64,000 nucleotides of DNA. It comes from Ignavibacteriales bacterium. GTDB lineage: Bacteria > Bacteroidota > Ignavibacteria > UBA10030 > UBA6906. This document shows, piece after piece, positions 52,650-62,352 of the stretch. Every line of letters begins with the position of its first letter. Within the stretch, counting starts at the first letter, position 1. The position numbers were made by a program, and so were the translations under genes. The notes beneath the pieces were generated by a model. That model was not told where the DNA came from and did not search any database. It saw nothing but the letters and a program-made list of their open reading frames with translations. The stretch covers positions 276 to 64,275 of the forward strand of contig JBBIRR010000001.1 of NCBI GenBank assembly GCA_037441705.1, written 5' to 3'.

Positions 52650-53842
52650 AAACTCTCGTACACGTACACATTGTTCAGGATCGGGTCGTACTGGTGATGC
52701 GCAAGAATCCGCTCGAGGATAGAGCTGGAGATGACAGATTTTTCGGAAAGAAGTTTCGTGCCGTTCCCTGTCGTCAGATCGTGCGCAATCACCATTCCCA
52801 CTTTCAGGTCGTACACCGACACCTGTCTCTTTCCCTCACGCCATGAAGGGTTCTCGATCGCTTCGAGATACTCGATCATGAGCTGAACAACGTGGGAATC
52901 GAGAACCGTGCCGCGCAGGCGGCTCAGTGTGGCGGTGAGCTGTTCCAGCGTCATGTTCGGCCGGGTAGATTCGACCTCGACAACGTTGATGGCACGCAGG
53001 ATCCGGGAGGGCAGCGGAATCTGATCATGGTGGAGTTTCTCCGGGCCGCCCGTTCCATCGAAGTTCTCCATCTGATGGCGAATATAGATGCCCACCTCGC
53101 GCAGGCGCGGAATGCCCATCAGCGTCTGCTGTCCCATGAGCGGGAAATGCGACATCGCCGTGCGCTCGATATCGGTAAGTTGCGCAAGCGGCTTCTTCAG
53201 AAGCTCATCGGGAAGATTCACTTTTCCAATTTCGTGCAGTCTGGCGGCGATTTCCAGCGTCTTCAGCTCGGCGTCGGTCATGCCGAGTCGGCCGCCGATC
53301 CAGCGGGCCATTGCCGCGGCCCTCTCGGCGCGGAGCGAGGCGCTCGGCACGCGCTGCCCGATAATGTGTGACAGCAGCGCGATGACGCCCATGAAATCAT
53401 CTTCCAACTCCTTGCACACCTGAGCGAGCTTTTGCCTGTCCGCCTCCAGCTCATCGTTGAGGCTCTTGATGCGCAATGCCGCACGGATGTGCGAGAGAAG
53501 TTCTTCCGTATTGAACGGCTTCGTCAGATAATCGTCGGCCCCGATGTCGAGTCCGCGAATGCGCTGTTCCACCGTCGTGGCCGAGGTAAGCATAATGAAC
53601 ATGGCCCGGCGCAGAACGGGGTGTGCCTTCATCTTCTTGCACAGCGTAAATCCATCCTCCTCCGGCATGTAATAGTCGCTGACGACAACATCCGGCGGAT
53701 GCTTCTCAGCAATCTGCATGGCCATCGGCCCACTGGTTGCCGTCAACACCACATAATCCGAAAAGGACTGGACCGTGTGGGCAATCACCTGCAACTGAAC
53801 CTCGTCGTCATCAACGAGCAGAATCCGCGGTGTCTTGCTCAT
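52646..53842 (-). CDS. response regulator with C-terminal degenerate HD-GYP domain
   Basis: Receiver (LLVDDD…) plus HD-type domain in which the HD dyad reads HE (LHEIGK) and the HHExxDGSGYP signature reads RHQMENFDGTGGP. Confidence 0.8.
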   Translation of the reverse strand: MSKTPRILLVDDDEVQLQVIAHTVQSFSDYVVLTATSGPMAMQIAEKHPPDVVVSDYYMPEEDGFTLCKKMKAHPVLRRAMFIMLTSATTVEQRIRGLDIGADDYLTKPFNTEELLSHIRAALRIKSLNDELEADRQKLAQVCKELEDDFMGVIALLSHIIGQRVPSASLRAERAAAMARWIGGRLGMTDAELKTLEIAARLHEIGKVNLPDELLKKPLAQLTDIERTAMSHFPLMGQQTLMGIPRLREVGIYIRHQMENFDGTGGPEKLHHDQIPLPSRILRAINVVEVESTRPNMTLEQLTATLSRLRGTVLDSHVVQLMIEYLEAIENPSWREGKRQVSVYDLKVGMVIAHDLTTGNGTKLLSEKSVISSSILERILAHHQYDPILNNVYVYESF

Positions 53843-53843
53843 G

Positions 53844-54611
53844 CTACGAAATCCCTTCAAACTTGATAAGGATGCTGATTCTTCGGTTCGAGTCGTCGAA
53901 CGGCCGATTGCGATCACGCAGCTTCCGGTCGGCGTAGCCGCGCACTTCCAAAATTTGCTCGGGCCGCACGCCCGATGTCATCAGGAGGCGCCGCGCAGCG
54001 TTTGCACGATCGGCGCTCAGTTCGAAGTTCGTGTAGCCGTCGAGGCGCGAATACGGTCGGCTGTCGGTGTGCCCTTCCAGCACGACCATGTTCGGGAGCT
54101 TGCCCACTTCTCGGGCGATGGCGGTGAGGATACCGACAGCTTCCGGCTTCAAGCGCGCCGTGCCGATATCGAAGTATGCGTTCTCTGCAGACTCGTACAA
54201 TTCGATGCGCAAGCCTTCTTCCGTGAATTCTATGGCCATTTGACGTGTCAGCTTCGCCAGCGAAGAGTCTTTCTGCACCTGTTCCTTGATCGTTTGCGCA
54301 ACCTGTTCGAGCCGCTTGCTGTCCCGCTGGAGGTTTTCGTCAATCGTCTGTTGTGTCGCCAGCACGCTGTTGCCGGCGAACATGCCACCGCCTTTGGTGT
54401 TTTCGAAAAACGCGCCCGGGTCTTTGAAGTAGTTTGCAACATACTGCCGGACCTGCTTGCTCTGTCCGACGATCCACAGGACGATGAACAGGGCCATCAT
54501 GGCGGTCACGAAATCGGCGTACGCAACTTTCCACGCGCCGCCATGGTGCCCATGTGCGGCATGCTTTTTTTTCCTGATGATGATGGGAACCTCGTGACCC
54601 GTCTTCGCCAT
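53844..54611 (-). CDS. motB: flagellar motor stator protein MotB (OmpA-like C-terminus)
   Basis: Single TM with conserved Asp (YADFVTAMMALF) and C-terminal OmpA domain. Confidence 0.85.
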   Translation of the reverse strand: MAKTGHEVPIIIRKKKHAAHGHHGGAWKVAYADFVTAMMALFIVLWIVGQSKQVRQYVANYFKDPGAFFENTKGGGMFAGNSVLATQQTIDENLQRDSKRLEQVAQTIKEQVQKDSSLAKLTRQMAIEFTEEGLRIELYESAENAYFDIGTARLKPEAVGILTAIAREVGKLPNMVVLEGHTDSRPYSRLDGYTNFELSADRANAARRLLMTSGVRPEQILEVRGYADRKLRDRNRPFDDSNRRISILIKFEGIS

Positions 54612-54632
54612 GGGTTTTGCTCTGCGCTTGCC

Positions 54633-55493
54633 TTATCCGTTCTTGATCGCGCGCACGGCCTGCTCCACCTCATCGAACGACGGGCGCACGTCGTTCACGA
54701 TCACGCGCCTGGCAAACTCCACCACCACCATCGGCGCATTGCCCTTCGCGTATGCCACAATCCCCGCCTTGATGCACTCCAGATAGCGGGATTCCGATTG
54801 ACTCAAGAGATCAATATGCGTGGCCATCGGGCCGATGAAGCCGTAGCACATCAGCACACCGAGAAACGTGCCGACAAGGGCGGCAGCCACCTTCTGGCCG
54901 ATTTCCGTCGGCGGACCTTCGATTGCCTGCATCGTGATGACGATGCCGAGCACGGCCGCAACAATACCGAGACCCGGCAGCGCGTCGGCTACCTTCTGAA
55001 TCATGCTGCTGGCTGCGCTCGACTCGTGGTGATGCGTCTCGATGTCCGTCTCCAGCATTGCTTCCAGATCGTGCGGCGGAACGCCGCCGCCCATCAGCAA
55101 CTTCATCGTATCGGCAAAGTAATGGAGGGCATGCGTGTGCTGGATGAGAAACTTGTTTTTCGAAAAGATCGAACTCGACTCGGGCTTTTCGACGTGCCCC
55201 TCGATGGCGATCAAGCCCTCCCGTGTCGCGGCGTTGAACAGCTCGAACATCGTCTTGAGAAGATTGAGGTATTCCGTCTTGGTGTAGGGATCCCCTTTGA
55301 AGAGCATGCCGATTCTGCCGGCGAGTTTCTTCAGCACCCCGATGGGCGTCTGCACCATCAGCGACCCCACTGCCGCTCCTCCGATGATCATAAACTCCTC
55401 CGGCTGAAAAAGAACTGCAATGGGACCGCCGTGAATGACAAAGCCGCCGATAACTCCAACGACGACCACAATGAATCCGATGATGACAAACAT
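54633..55493 (-). CDS. motA: flagellar motor stator protein MotA
   Basis: Four TM helices, MotA/TolQ/ExbB family, with the cytoplasmic loop. Confidence 0.85.
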   Translation of the reverse strand: MFVIIGFIVVVVGVIGGFVIHGGPIAVLFQPEEFMIIGGAAVGSLMVQTPIGVLKKLAGRIGMLFKGDPYTKTEYLNLLKTMFELFNAATREGLIAIEGHVEKPESSSIFSKNKFLIQHTHALHYFADTMKLLMGGGVPPHDLEAMLETDIETHHHESSAASSMIQKVADALPGLGIVAAVLGIVITMQAIEGPPTEIGQKVAAALVGTFLGVLMCYGFIGPMATHIDLLSQSESRYLECIKAGIVAYAKGNAPMVVVEFARRVIVNDVRPSFDEVEQAVRAIKNG

Positions 55494-55512
55494 GAGGACG
55501 TTTCTCCAACAC

Positions 55513-55761
55513 TCACGTATTCGATTTTTCCGTCGGCTTGGTGAGAAGGCTTGCTGCCTTCACCGCCGTGCTTTTCTGCGTCTGTGCCGCTTCCGTGTTT
55601 TGCTGCTGAATCGCTGCGTAGATCTCCGCCCGATAAATCCTCACCGACTCCGGCGCCTCGATGCCGAGCTTCACCTGGCTTTCCGAAATAGAGAGCACCT
55701 TGATCCGAATGTGATCACCAATCTGGATCGCCTCATTGATTTTGCGTGCAAGGATCAGCAT
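55513..55761 (-). CDS. csrA: carbon storage regulator CsrA
   Basis: [16 protein letters not shown]…RIYRAEIY signature. Confidence 0.9.
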   Translation of the reverse strand: MLILARKINEAIQIGDHIRIKVLSISESQVKLGIEAPESVRIYRAEIYAAIQQQNTEAAQTQKSTAVKAASLLTKPTEKSNT

Positions 55762-56177
55762 TGGCGATCCTCTGCGGCAAATTCAAGCGGCTGCACCAGA
55801 GGATGATGGATTGCATAGAAATCATGCTCCAGCACAACCTGTCGGGCAGTCCGCTGTGCCGTGTCAAAGAGAATCGGGCTGCGCAGGTTAATAGTAGACT
55901 GCTCGACCGGATCCTTCAACGCCGCCACCACGGCAACATGCGTCTTATTGTTCGGCAGTTCGATGCGATAGTCTTCCACAATCACATTGGGATCGAGGAT
56001 GGGGAACGATATATCTTGATCCTCAACCGACACGAGCCAGCGGAACGGCTCGCATGCAGGATCGGTCAGAATGATGAACCGCTTCAAGTGCTCGAAACCG
56101 ATCAGCCCTTCAGAAAACTCGTACACATTCTCCTGCTCGAACTCGATCTCACCAAATTGGCGATTAAACCACTTCAT
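55755..56177 (-). CDS. fliW: flagellar assembly factor FliW
   Basis: FliW family similarity and canonical position immediately upstream of csrA. Confidence 0.85.
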   Translation of the reverse strand: MKWFNRQFGEIEFEQENVYEFSEGLIGFEHLKRFIILTDPACEPFRWLVSVEDQDISFPILDPNVIVEDYRIELPNNKTHVAVVAALKDPVEQSTINLRSPILFDTAQRTARQVVLEHDFYAIHHPLVQPLEFAAEDRQC

Positions 56178-56896
56178 GATCTCTCCTTTTGTTGTTGAGC
56201 GAGCGCCGCTGCCTTCGGCGCAATGACCACAATATCCACCCGACGGTTCTTTGCCCTGTTTTCGATTGATGTATTTGGGACTAACGGTCTCTGATCCGCG
56301 TAGCCGGCAAGCGTCACTTTGCCCGGGTCCAGCCCCTGGCGCCGCATCATATATTCGCCGGTGCTGACAGCCCGCGCAACAGAAAGGTGCCAGTTCGAGG
56401 GAAATGTTGCTGTTGCAATCGGCACGTTATCCGTGTGTCCTTCGATGCGGATCTCATTTGGAACCGTTTTGAGCACGCTGGCCAGCAAATCGAGGCTGCC
56501 GAGCGATGAACGCTTGAGCTGGGCGCTTCCGGAGGCAAACAGGAGTTCTTCCGATAGATGAACAACGACGCCGCGCTCGTCTTGCGAGAGGCTGGCCAAC
56601 CCCGCGCGGATATCGTCGTACAACGCTCCGCGGATCTTGCTTTCGATCTCGAGACGGTCGGGGCTGGTGTTCTCCGGCGGTAAGGCGACCGGTGTAATGG
56701 CGATCGAGGTTCCGAACAAGCCTCCAAGCGCCTGCACGACGCGCGAATACCGGGTGCTGTCCACTTCCGACATTGCATACAAGATCACAAACAATCCTAA
56801 CAACAACGTAATCAGGTCGGCGTACGTGAGCAGCCACCGATCGGTGTTCTGATGGACGTCCGTCCCCTTCTGATATCGTGTTCGTGTGCGTCTCAT
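56174..56896 (-). CDS. second MotB-type stator protein (OmpA-like C-terminus)
   Basis: TM with conserved Asp (LLTYADLITLLL) plus OmpA-like domain. Confidence 0.75.
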   Translation of the reverse strand: MRRTRTRYQKGTDVHQNTDRWLLTYADLITLLLGLFVILYAMSEVDSTRYSRVVQALGGLFGTSIAITPVALPPENTSPDRLEIESKIRGALYDDIRAGLASLSQDERGVVVHLSEELLFASGSAQLKRSSLGSLDLLASVLKTVPNEIRIEGHTDNVPIATATFPSNWHLSVARAVSTGEYMMRRQGLDPGKVTLAGYADQRPLVPNTSIENRAKNRRVDIVVIAPKAAALAQQQKERS

Positions 56897-57675
56897 GTGT
56901 ATCGTCGTTCCTCCTGCGTCGCGGGCAGCATGCCTTCCAGTTTGGCTTTGATGACGCTCGGCACCTCGCCGGCCTGAATGCCGAGCACGCCTTCGAGGGC
57001 AACATCCAGGTGATGGTGTTCTTCATCGTGAATTCGTCTGAGCTTATCATACAGCGGCAGCCAGACGATGTTCGCCATAAGCACTCCCCAGAGTGTCGCG
57101 ATGAATGCGCTGGCAATATGCCGTATCAGGATGTCCGGCTCTGCACCGGCAGCAGCCAGCGTCGCTATCAATCCCATCACTGTTCCGATGATTCCCATCG
57201 TGGGCGAGTAGCCCCCCATCTTATGAAACAGCATTGCATTCTTTTCATGCCGGTCGCTCATGTAATGCAGTTCCGTTTCCGCAACGCTTCGGAGGCTGTG
57301 CGGGTCAATGCCGTCAATGAGCAAACGCAGCAGCCGCCGGACAAACGGATGCGGCGCCGAATCCACATATTTTTCGAGAGCGAACAACCCTTCCTTCCGC
57401 GCAATCGTTGCAAGCTGCACAATGGAGTTGATCGTGCCCCGCACTTCCTGCTGCGGCGGACGCATTGCCAGCCACATCAATCTCCCGATGCGGCCCACGG
57501 TACGCATCGAAGTCCCGATCATCGCTGCGGCAATCGTTCCCCCAAAAACAATCAGCAGCGCCGGACCGAGAATGAGCGCGCCGATGGTGCCTCCTTCGAG
57601 TGCGAAGGAGCCGAACACAACCGCGAACCCCAGGAGCAGGCCGAGTATTGTCCCGGCATCCCATCGACTGTTCAT
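56893..57675 (-). CDS. second MotA/PomA-type stator protein
   Basis: MotA/TolQ/ExbB family with four TM helices. C-terminal helices resemble MotA (…TLWGVLMANIVWLP…). Confidence 0.75.
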   Translation of the reverse strand: MNSRWDAGTILGLLLGFAVVFGSFALEGGTIGALILGPALLIVFGGTIAAAMIGTSMRTVGRIGRLMWLAMRPPQQEVRGTINSIVQLATIARKEGLFALEKYVDSAPHPFVRRLLRLLIDGIDPHSLRSVAETELHYMSDRHEKNAMLFHKMGGYSPTMGIIGTVMGLIATLAAAGAEPDILIRHIASAFIATLWGVLMANIVWLPLYDKLRRIHDEEHHHLDVALEGVLGIQAGEVPSVIKAKLEGMLPATQEERRYT

Positions 57676-57676
57676 G

Positions 57677-58564
57677 CTATTGCAAAAAATCCATGAGAGA
57701 TCTCGGCAGCAGGCGCGCAGCCGCGCTCAATGCCGCGTCCAGCATCAACTCCTCCTTCTTGAGCAGCAGCGATGCTTCGGCAAAATCCGTATCCTCATCA
57801 GCGGAAAGCAGCGCTGCGAGTTGATCCGCCTGCTTCTGCAACACCTGGTTTTGCATGTCAAGCGAGGTGAGCATATGCCCGGCGGTTCCGGTTTGTCCGG
57901 AGACGTATTTCATGAACCCGTCAACGGCATCGAGCTGCGCTGCGGTCGGCGGTGTCCCGCCGCGCATCGCATCGCGGATAGCGATCAACTCCTGAAAGAT
58001 CGCCGCACCCTGAAACGCCTGCTGGCCGTCAATGTTGATTACCTGCAATGCCCCTTCGTTGACCGGTATCTCGATCGTCCCGGTAATGCCGTTGGGATTG
58101 ACCGTCACATTCGAGCGGTCCGGTGCAAGAATAAACGGCGGGTCGGTGGTTTGCGTCCCGCCAAAAAGGTACTTGCCATTGAATCGCGTGTTTGCCGTTT
58201 GGACCGCGTCCGTCAGCAGGCGGTCAAGCTCGTCGGCCAGCGTCCTCAGTTCGGAGGTGCGGCCGCCACTGCGCGCCCGCGTCACAATATCTTTTGCATC
58301 GATCAGAAGATCGGTGAAGCGGCTGAGGGCCTGTTCCGTTGCCTGCAACATTGCCTGCCCGTCGGCGACATTCTTCTGAAACTGATCATTGCGGGCGATC
58401 GTGTTTTTCAGCCGAAGAATGCGTTCGGCCACCTCAGCATCGTCCGACGGTTGGAGCACACGCCGTCCGGTGGAGATCTGATCCTGCAACCGGCTCATGC
58501 GCGCGCGAGCGTTATTCACATTCCTCAAGAAACTGCTGGTAAACATGTTGTCCGTAACGCGCAT
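57677..58564 (-). CDS. flgL: flagellar hook-associated protein 3 FlgL
   Basis: Flagellin-like N- and C-terminal helical domains, ~295 aa, positioned after flgK. Confidence 0.8.
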   Translation of the reverse strand: MRVTDNMFTSSFLRNVNNARARMSRLQDQISTGRRVLQPSDDAEVAERILRLKNTIARNDQFQKNVADGQAMLQATEQALSRFTDLLIDAKDIVTRARSGGRTSELRTLADELDRLLTDAVQTANTRFNGKYLFGGTQTTDPPFILAPDRSNVTVNPNGITGTIEIPVNEGALQVINIDGQQAFQGAAIFQELIAIRDAMRGGTPPTAAQLDAVDGFMKYVSGQTGTAGHMLTSLDMQNQVLQKQADQLAALLSADEDTDFAEASLLLKKEELMLDAALSAAARLLPRSLMDFLQ

Positions 58565-58566
58565 GG

Positions 58567-59937
58567 CTACACCATATTCAAAATGGTTTGGATGAGTTCG
58601 TCGGTGGTCTGCACGACGCGAGCCGCTGCTTCAAACGAACGCTGGAATTTGATCATGTTCGTCATTTCTTCATCGAGCGACACGCCGGAGACCGATTCAC
58701 GCTGCATGCTCAGCTGCGCCAGCACAAGCTCCGTGCCCCTGCCGGTGCCTTCCGCTGACGACACCGCCGAGCCGATGGTGCTGACGAAGTTTCCATAGTA
58801 CTGCGCGAGGGTCTGCGTGTTGTTGCTCATGATCTGTTCGGTGCTGATGCCGAAGAGAGCTAAGGCCGTCCGGTTGTCGCCCGGGGCGCCCGTGCTGGAA
58901 GCAGCAATGTTATTGATGTTGGAACTGATCTGGGTATTGATGGCAATTCCCGCAGCCCCGCTGCCGGTGAAAAAGTCGATGCCGGTTGGGGGTGGATTCC
59001 CCAGACCGTAGCCTGCCGCGTGCACAGCGTTAACGCGTGCGATGAGCGCGTTTGCCATGTCGTCGAGCTGTGTCATATAGGCGGGAATGGTTGTATTGTA
59101 CAGCTCCATCGCGCTTCCTAATTCTCCGCCCGAGATGTTCACGTCTTGGCCTCCCGGAGCAGTCACTTTGAACACGCCGTTGGCGAGAGAACTTTGAAGG
59201 GCCACCGACGTTCCATTGCCCGCCACCATCACGCCGCCAATCGAAACGATCATGACCCCCTGGCTGTCGAGCGAGGCGGTAATCGAGGTAAGCTGCGAGA
59301 GTTGATCGAGTGCCAGATCCCGTTGATCCATCAAATCGCTGGGGACGTTGCCGCCCGATGTGCGTGCAACTGCAATCTGGCGATTCAGTTCTCCGATCTG
59401 TCGTGTCAACTCGTTGATGCGAAGGACCTTGTTGCTGGCATCGTCGGCAATGGTGTTGCGCTGCGTTGTGAAGCTCGCACTGATGCGATTAAAGGTCGAC
59501 ACGAGCCGCGTGGCTTGCTGCAGCACGGCCTGCCGCGGTGCGCTTTCTTCGGGATGCGACGCAAGCTCCTGAAAACTATTGAAAAAGCCGCTGAGCAGGG
59601 CCTGCAGTCCGTTTTCGGACGGTTCGCCCAACCCTGCCTCGATCTGGCTCAGGATGGTGTGTCGCATCGAAGCAGAGCCGAGCGAGCTGTTTGCCTGACG
59701 GAACTGCGTGTCGACAAATCGATCACGCAAACGCTCGATGGCATCTACGGTAACGCCCGTCCCCAACAGAAAGCCCTGAGCATTCTTCAGCGGCAGCGTA
59801 GCCCCGAGATCTACACGCTGACGCGTGTAGCCCGCTGCATTCGCATTCGCGATGTTATGGCTCGTCACGTTCATCGCCGTAGTTTGCGCGGCGATGCCGC
59901 GGCGCCCTAACTCCAATAATCCGAACAGTCCCGGCAT
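58567..59937 (-). CDS. flgK: flagellar hook-associated protein 1 FlgK
   Basis: Flg_bb_rod N-terminal motif (…SHNIANANAAGYTRQ…) and FlgK C-terminus. Confidence 0.85.
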   Translation of the reverse strand: MPGLFGLLELGRRGIAAQTTAMNVTSHNIANANAAGYTRQRVDLGATLPLKNAQGFLLGTGVTVDAIERLRDRFVDTQFRQANSSLGSASMRHTILSQIEAGLGEPSENGLQALLSGFFNSFQELASHPEESAPRQAVLQQATRLVSTFNRISASFTTQRNTIADDASNKVLRINELTRQIGELNRQIAVARTSGGNVPSDLMDQRDLALDQLSQLTSITASLDSQGVMIVSIGGVMVAGNGTSVALQSSLANGVFKVTAPGGQDVNISGGELGSAMELYNTTIPAYMTQLDDMANALIARVNAVHAAGYGLGNPPPTGIDFFTGSGAAGIAINTQISSNINNIAASSTGAPGDNRTALALFGISTEQIMSNNTQTLAQYYGNFVSTIGSAVSSAEGTGRGTELVLAQLSMQRESVSGVSLDEEMTNMIKFQRSFEAAARVVQTTDELIQTILNMV

Positions 59938-59946
59938 AATGTCCTC

Positions 59947-60405
59947 TTAGATCGTCCTATCAACCAACGATCGTGCGTAATCGTTGGTCACAATGCGCAG
60001 TGTTTCCCGCACAAATCTGCGCGAGTGTTCAATCAGAAACTGATTGGCTTGATTCAACTTCATCATCTTCTCGATGGCAGCAAGCAACCTGCTGCTAACG
60101 TCCGATAGCCGCACCGCATCGTTCCTCTCGAGACGGCTCAATAGTGCAGAAAGGTTGACCGGCCGGGACTCGTCCGCGGCTTCCGGAGCGACCGTGTGCC
60201 AGAGCTCTCGCGTCAGACGTTCCCGTTCGTGTTCCAACCCTTCCAGCGGAATCATCAACTCCTGCTGTTGATCAACTGTCGCGACAACTGCTTCAGTATC
60301 GCATGCGACGAGTGCCCGCTGCTGCTGGGTAATGACATCGACCAGCTTTTCGGCGATCTCGGCTTCGGTTGCCATCACCTCAGCCAGATGGTGGATGCTA
60401 TTCAT
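59947..60405 (-). CDS. flgN: FlgN-like flagellar export chaperone
   Basis: Small helical protein immediately upstream of flgK-flgL, as in the Bacillus-type flgN-flgK-flgL-fliW-csrA arrangement. Weak sequence signal. Confidence 0.55.
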   Translation of the reverse strand: MNSIHHLAEVMATEAEIAEKLVDVITQQQRALVACDTEAVVATVDQQQELMIPLEGLEHERERLTRELWHTVAPEAADESRPVNLSALLSRLERNDAVRLSDVSSRLLAAIEKMMKLNQANQFLIEHSRRFVRETLRIVTNDYARSLVDRTI

Positions 60406-61234
60406 GATCGTTCTCCTCTTGTTCGATCATTTCGACGAAGTTCAACACGCGCCTGACATACTCCTGCGTCTCGCGGTACGGCGGAATGCCGCCATGGCGC
60501 TGCACAGCCGCGGGTCCGGCGTTGTACGAAGCAAGTGCGAGACGTTCATCTCCTTCAAACTGCTCGAGAAGCTGTTTCAGATACTTCGCACCGCCGAGAA
60601 TATTCTCTCGAGGATCCCACACGTTCTGCACGCCCATGGCTTGCGCCGTTGAATCAATCAGCTGCATCAACCCTTTTGCTTCTTTTGCCGATTGTGCATC
60701 CGGGCGCGCACCGGACTCCGCCGCGATGACAGCACGGATCAGGCTATCCCTTACGCCGAAGCGCCCTGCTGCTTCCGCAATGTATCCATCGTACAGGCGC
60801 AGCCGCTCCCGAAATGTTTTCGGCATCCCTTCACGCGGTAGCGGAGAGTTCTCCTGCTGCGCGCTGGGCCGAACTGTCGTCGTTCGCCGCCCCGAGGCAG
60901 GTGGCGGGACAGGTGTTGCAGCGTTCGTCCGTTGTGCCTCTGCAAGCGACTCGCCCGTCATCTTCCGGTAAAGCATTTCCGCCAGACCCAGATTGCTGTT
61001 GCGCGAGATGTGCCTCGCCAGCTCAACGTCGAACAGGCCCTCGAGCATATCGGTGCCAAAGCTGTCAGTAGAATTATCGGCCTTTTCGACAGTGTTCCTC
61101 ATGCTTTTCAGCATGTATCCCACGAAAATGGATTCGAACTCACGAACCGCCTTCTGAAGCTTCAGCCGTTGTGACGCATCGAGCTTGGGCCGCGTGGCAC
61201 TGACCTGAAGGGATTGTTCACCGTTGAGCGTCAT
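60398..61234 (-). CDS. flgJ: FlgJ-like flagellar rod assembly protein with C-terminal lytic transglycosylase (SLT) domain
   Basis: N-terminal rod-binding motif (FESIFVGYMLKSMR) and C-terminal SLT motifs (ESGARPDAQS…GLMQL…SYNAGP). Confidence 0.7.
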   Translation of the reverse strand: MTLNGEQSLQVSATRPKLDASQRLKLQKAVREFESIFVGYMLKSMRNTVEKADNSTDSFGTDMLEGLFDVELARHISRNSNLGLAEMLYRKMTGESLAEAQRTNAATPVPPPASGRRTTTVRPSAQQENSPLPREGMPKTFRERLRLYDGYIAEAAGRFGVRDSLIRAVIAAESGARPDAQSAKEAKGLMQLIDSTAQAMGVQNVWDPRENILGGAKYLKQLLEQFEGDERLALASYNAGPAAVQRHGGIPPYRETQEYVRRVLNFVEMIEQEENDHE

Positions 61235-61235
61235 G

Positions 61236-62342
61236 TCAGATAATAATCAGTTCCGCTTTCAATGCTCCTGCTTCTTTCAGCGCCTGGAAGATGGCGATGA
61301 TGTCACGCGCGCCCACCTTCAATGTGTTCAACGCTTTCGCAACATCCTGCACCGTCGCGGCGCCCTCCAGTGCAACCACCACCGACGTATCCACCTGTGC
61401 CGACACCGTCGTCAACTGCGTCACAACGGTTTGCCCCTGCGAGAAGGCGTTTGGCTGTGAGACGACAGGAGTGGATTGGATGTCGATGTTCAATGCACCG
61501 TGTGAGATAGCAACCGGCAGCAGCGTCACCGCTCCCCCGACCACAATCGTTCCTGTCTTCTCGTTGATGACGACTTTTGCAGCGACATCCGGCGTCACTT
61601 CCAGCAACTCGACCTGCGAGATAAAATCCACCAACGTGCCGTTGCGGCGGACTTCCTCGGGCACGGTCAGCGAGACGGTCGAAGCATCGTTAGCGCGTGC
61701 AATTGTGTTGCCGAATTTAGAATTCACCTGCTCGGCAATTCTGCTTGCCGTCGTGAAGTCCGCCTGCGTGAGCACAATGAACAACGTCGAGTCCTTGCTC
61801 CAATCGGCACCGGTGGATTTCTCGAGGATGGCGCCGCCGGGAATGCGTCCTGCCGCCGTATGATTGCGGCGCACTTCGTTGCCCCCCTGCCGCACGCCCA
61901 TGCCACCCACCGAAATCGGCCCCTGCGCCATCGCATAGACTTCTCCTTCGATCCCCGAAAGCGGCGTCATCAGAAGGGTTCCGCCTTGCAGGTTCGTTGC
62001 ATCGCCCATCGAGGAGACCGTCACATCAACAACTCCCCCCTCTTTGGCAAAGCTCGGAACGGTGGCCGTGACCATAACGGCGGCAACGTTGCGCAACCGC
62101 AGATCCGCTTGCGGAACGGTGATGCCAAAACGCTTTAGCATGCTCGTAACCGACTGGAGCGTGAAGGTCGAGCGCTGCGTGTCGCCTGTTCCGTTCAATC
62201 CCACAACAAGCCCGTACCCGATGAGCTGCTTCCCCTTCACGCCCTGCAGGTACGCAATGTCTTTGATGCGCGCAGCCGAGTGAGCCATGCACACAACCAA
62301 GACCGTGAGCAGCAAAGTGGGAATGAGTTTCCGCACGTTCAT
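61236..62342 (-). CDS. flgI: flagellar P-ring protein FlgI
   Basis: Signal peptide plus full-length FlgI similarity (…LVVGLNGTGD…). Confidence 0.9.
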   Translation of the reverse strand: MNVRKLIPTLLLTVLVVCMAHSAARIKDIAYLQGVKGKQLIGYGLVVGLNGTGDTQRSTFTLQSVTSMLKRFGITVPQADLRLRNVAAVMVTATVPSFAKEGGVVDVTVSSMGDATNLQGGTLLMTPLSGIEGEVYAMAQGPISVGGMGVRQGGNEVRRNHTAAGRIPGGAILEKSTGADWSKDSTLFIVLTQADFTTASRIAEQVNSKFGNTIARANDASTVSLTVPEEVRRNGTLVDFISQVELLEVTPDVAAKVVINEKTGTIVVGGAVTLLPVAISHGALNIDIQSTPVVSQPNAFSQGQTVVTQLTTVSAQVDTSVVVALEGAATVQDVAKALNTLKVGARDIIAIFQALKEAGALKAELIII

Positions 62343-62352
62343 GGTGCCCTCC

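Noticed and set aside
53835-55544. 569-aa plus-strand ORF antisense to motB-motA
   Set aside because: Shadow ORF. The sense-strand genes carry MotA and MotB signatures.
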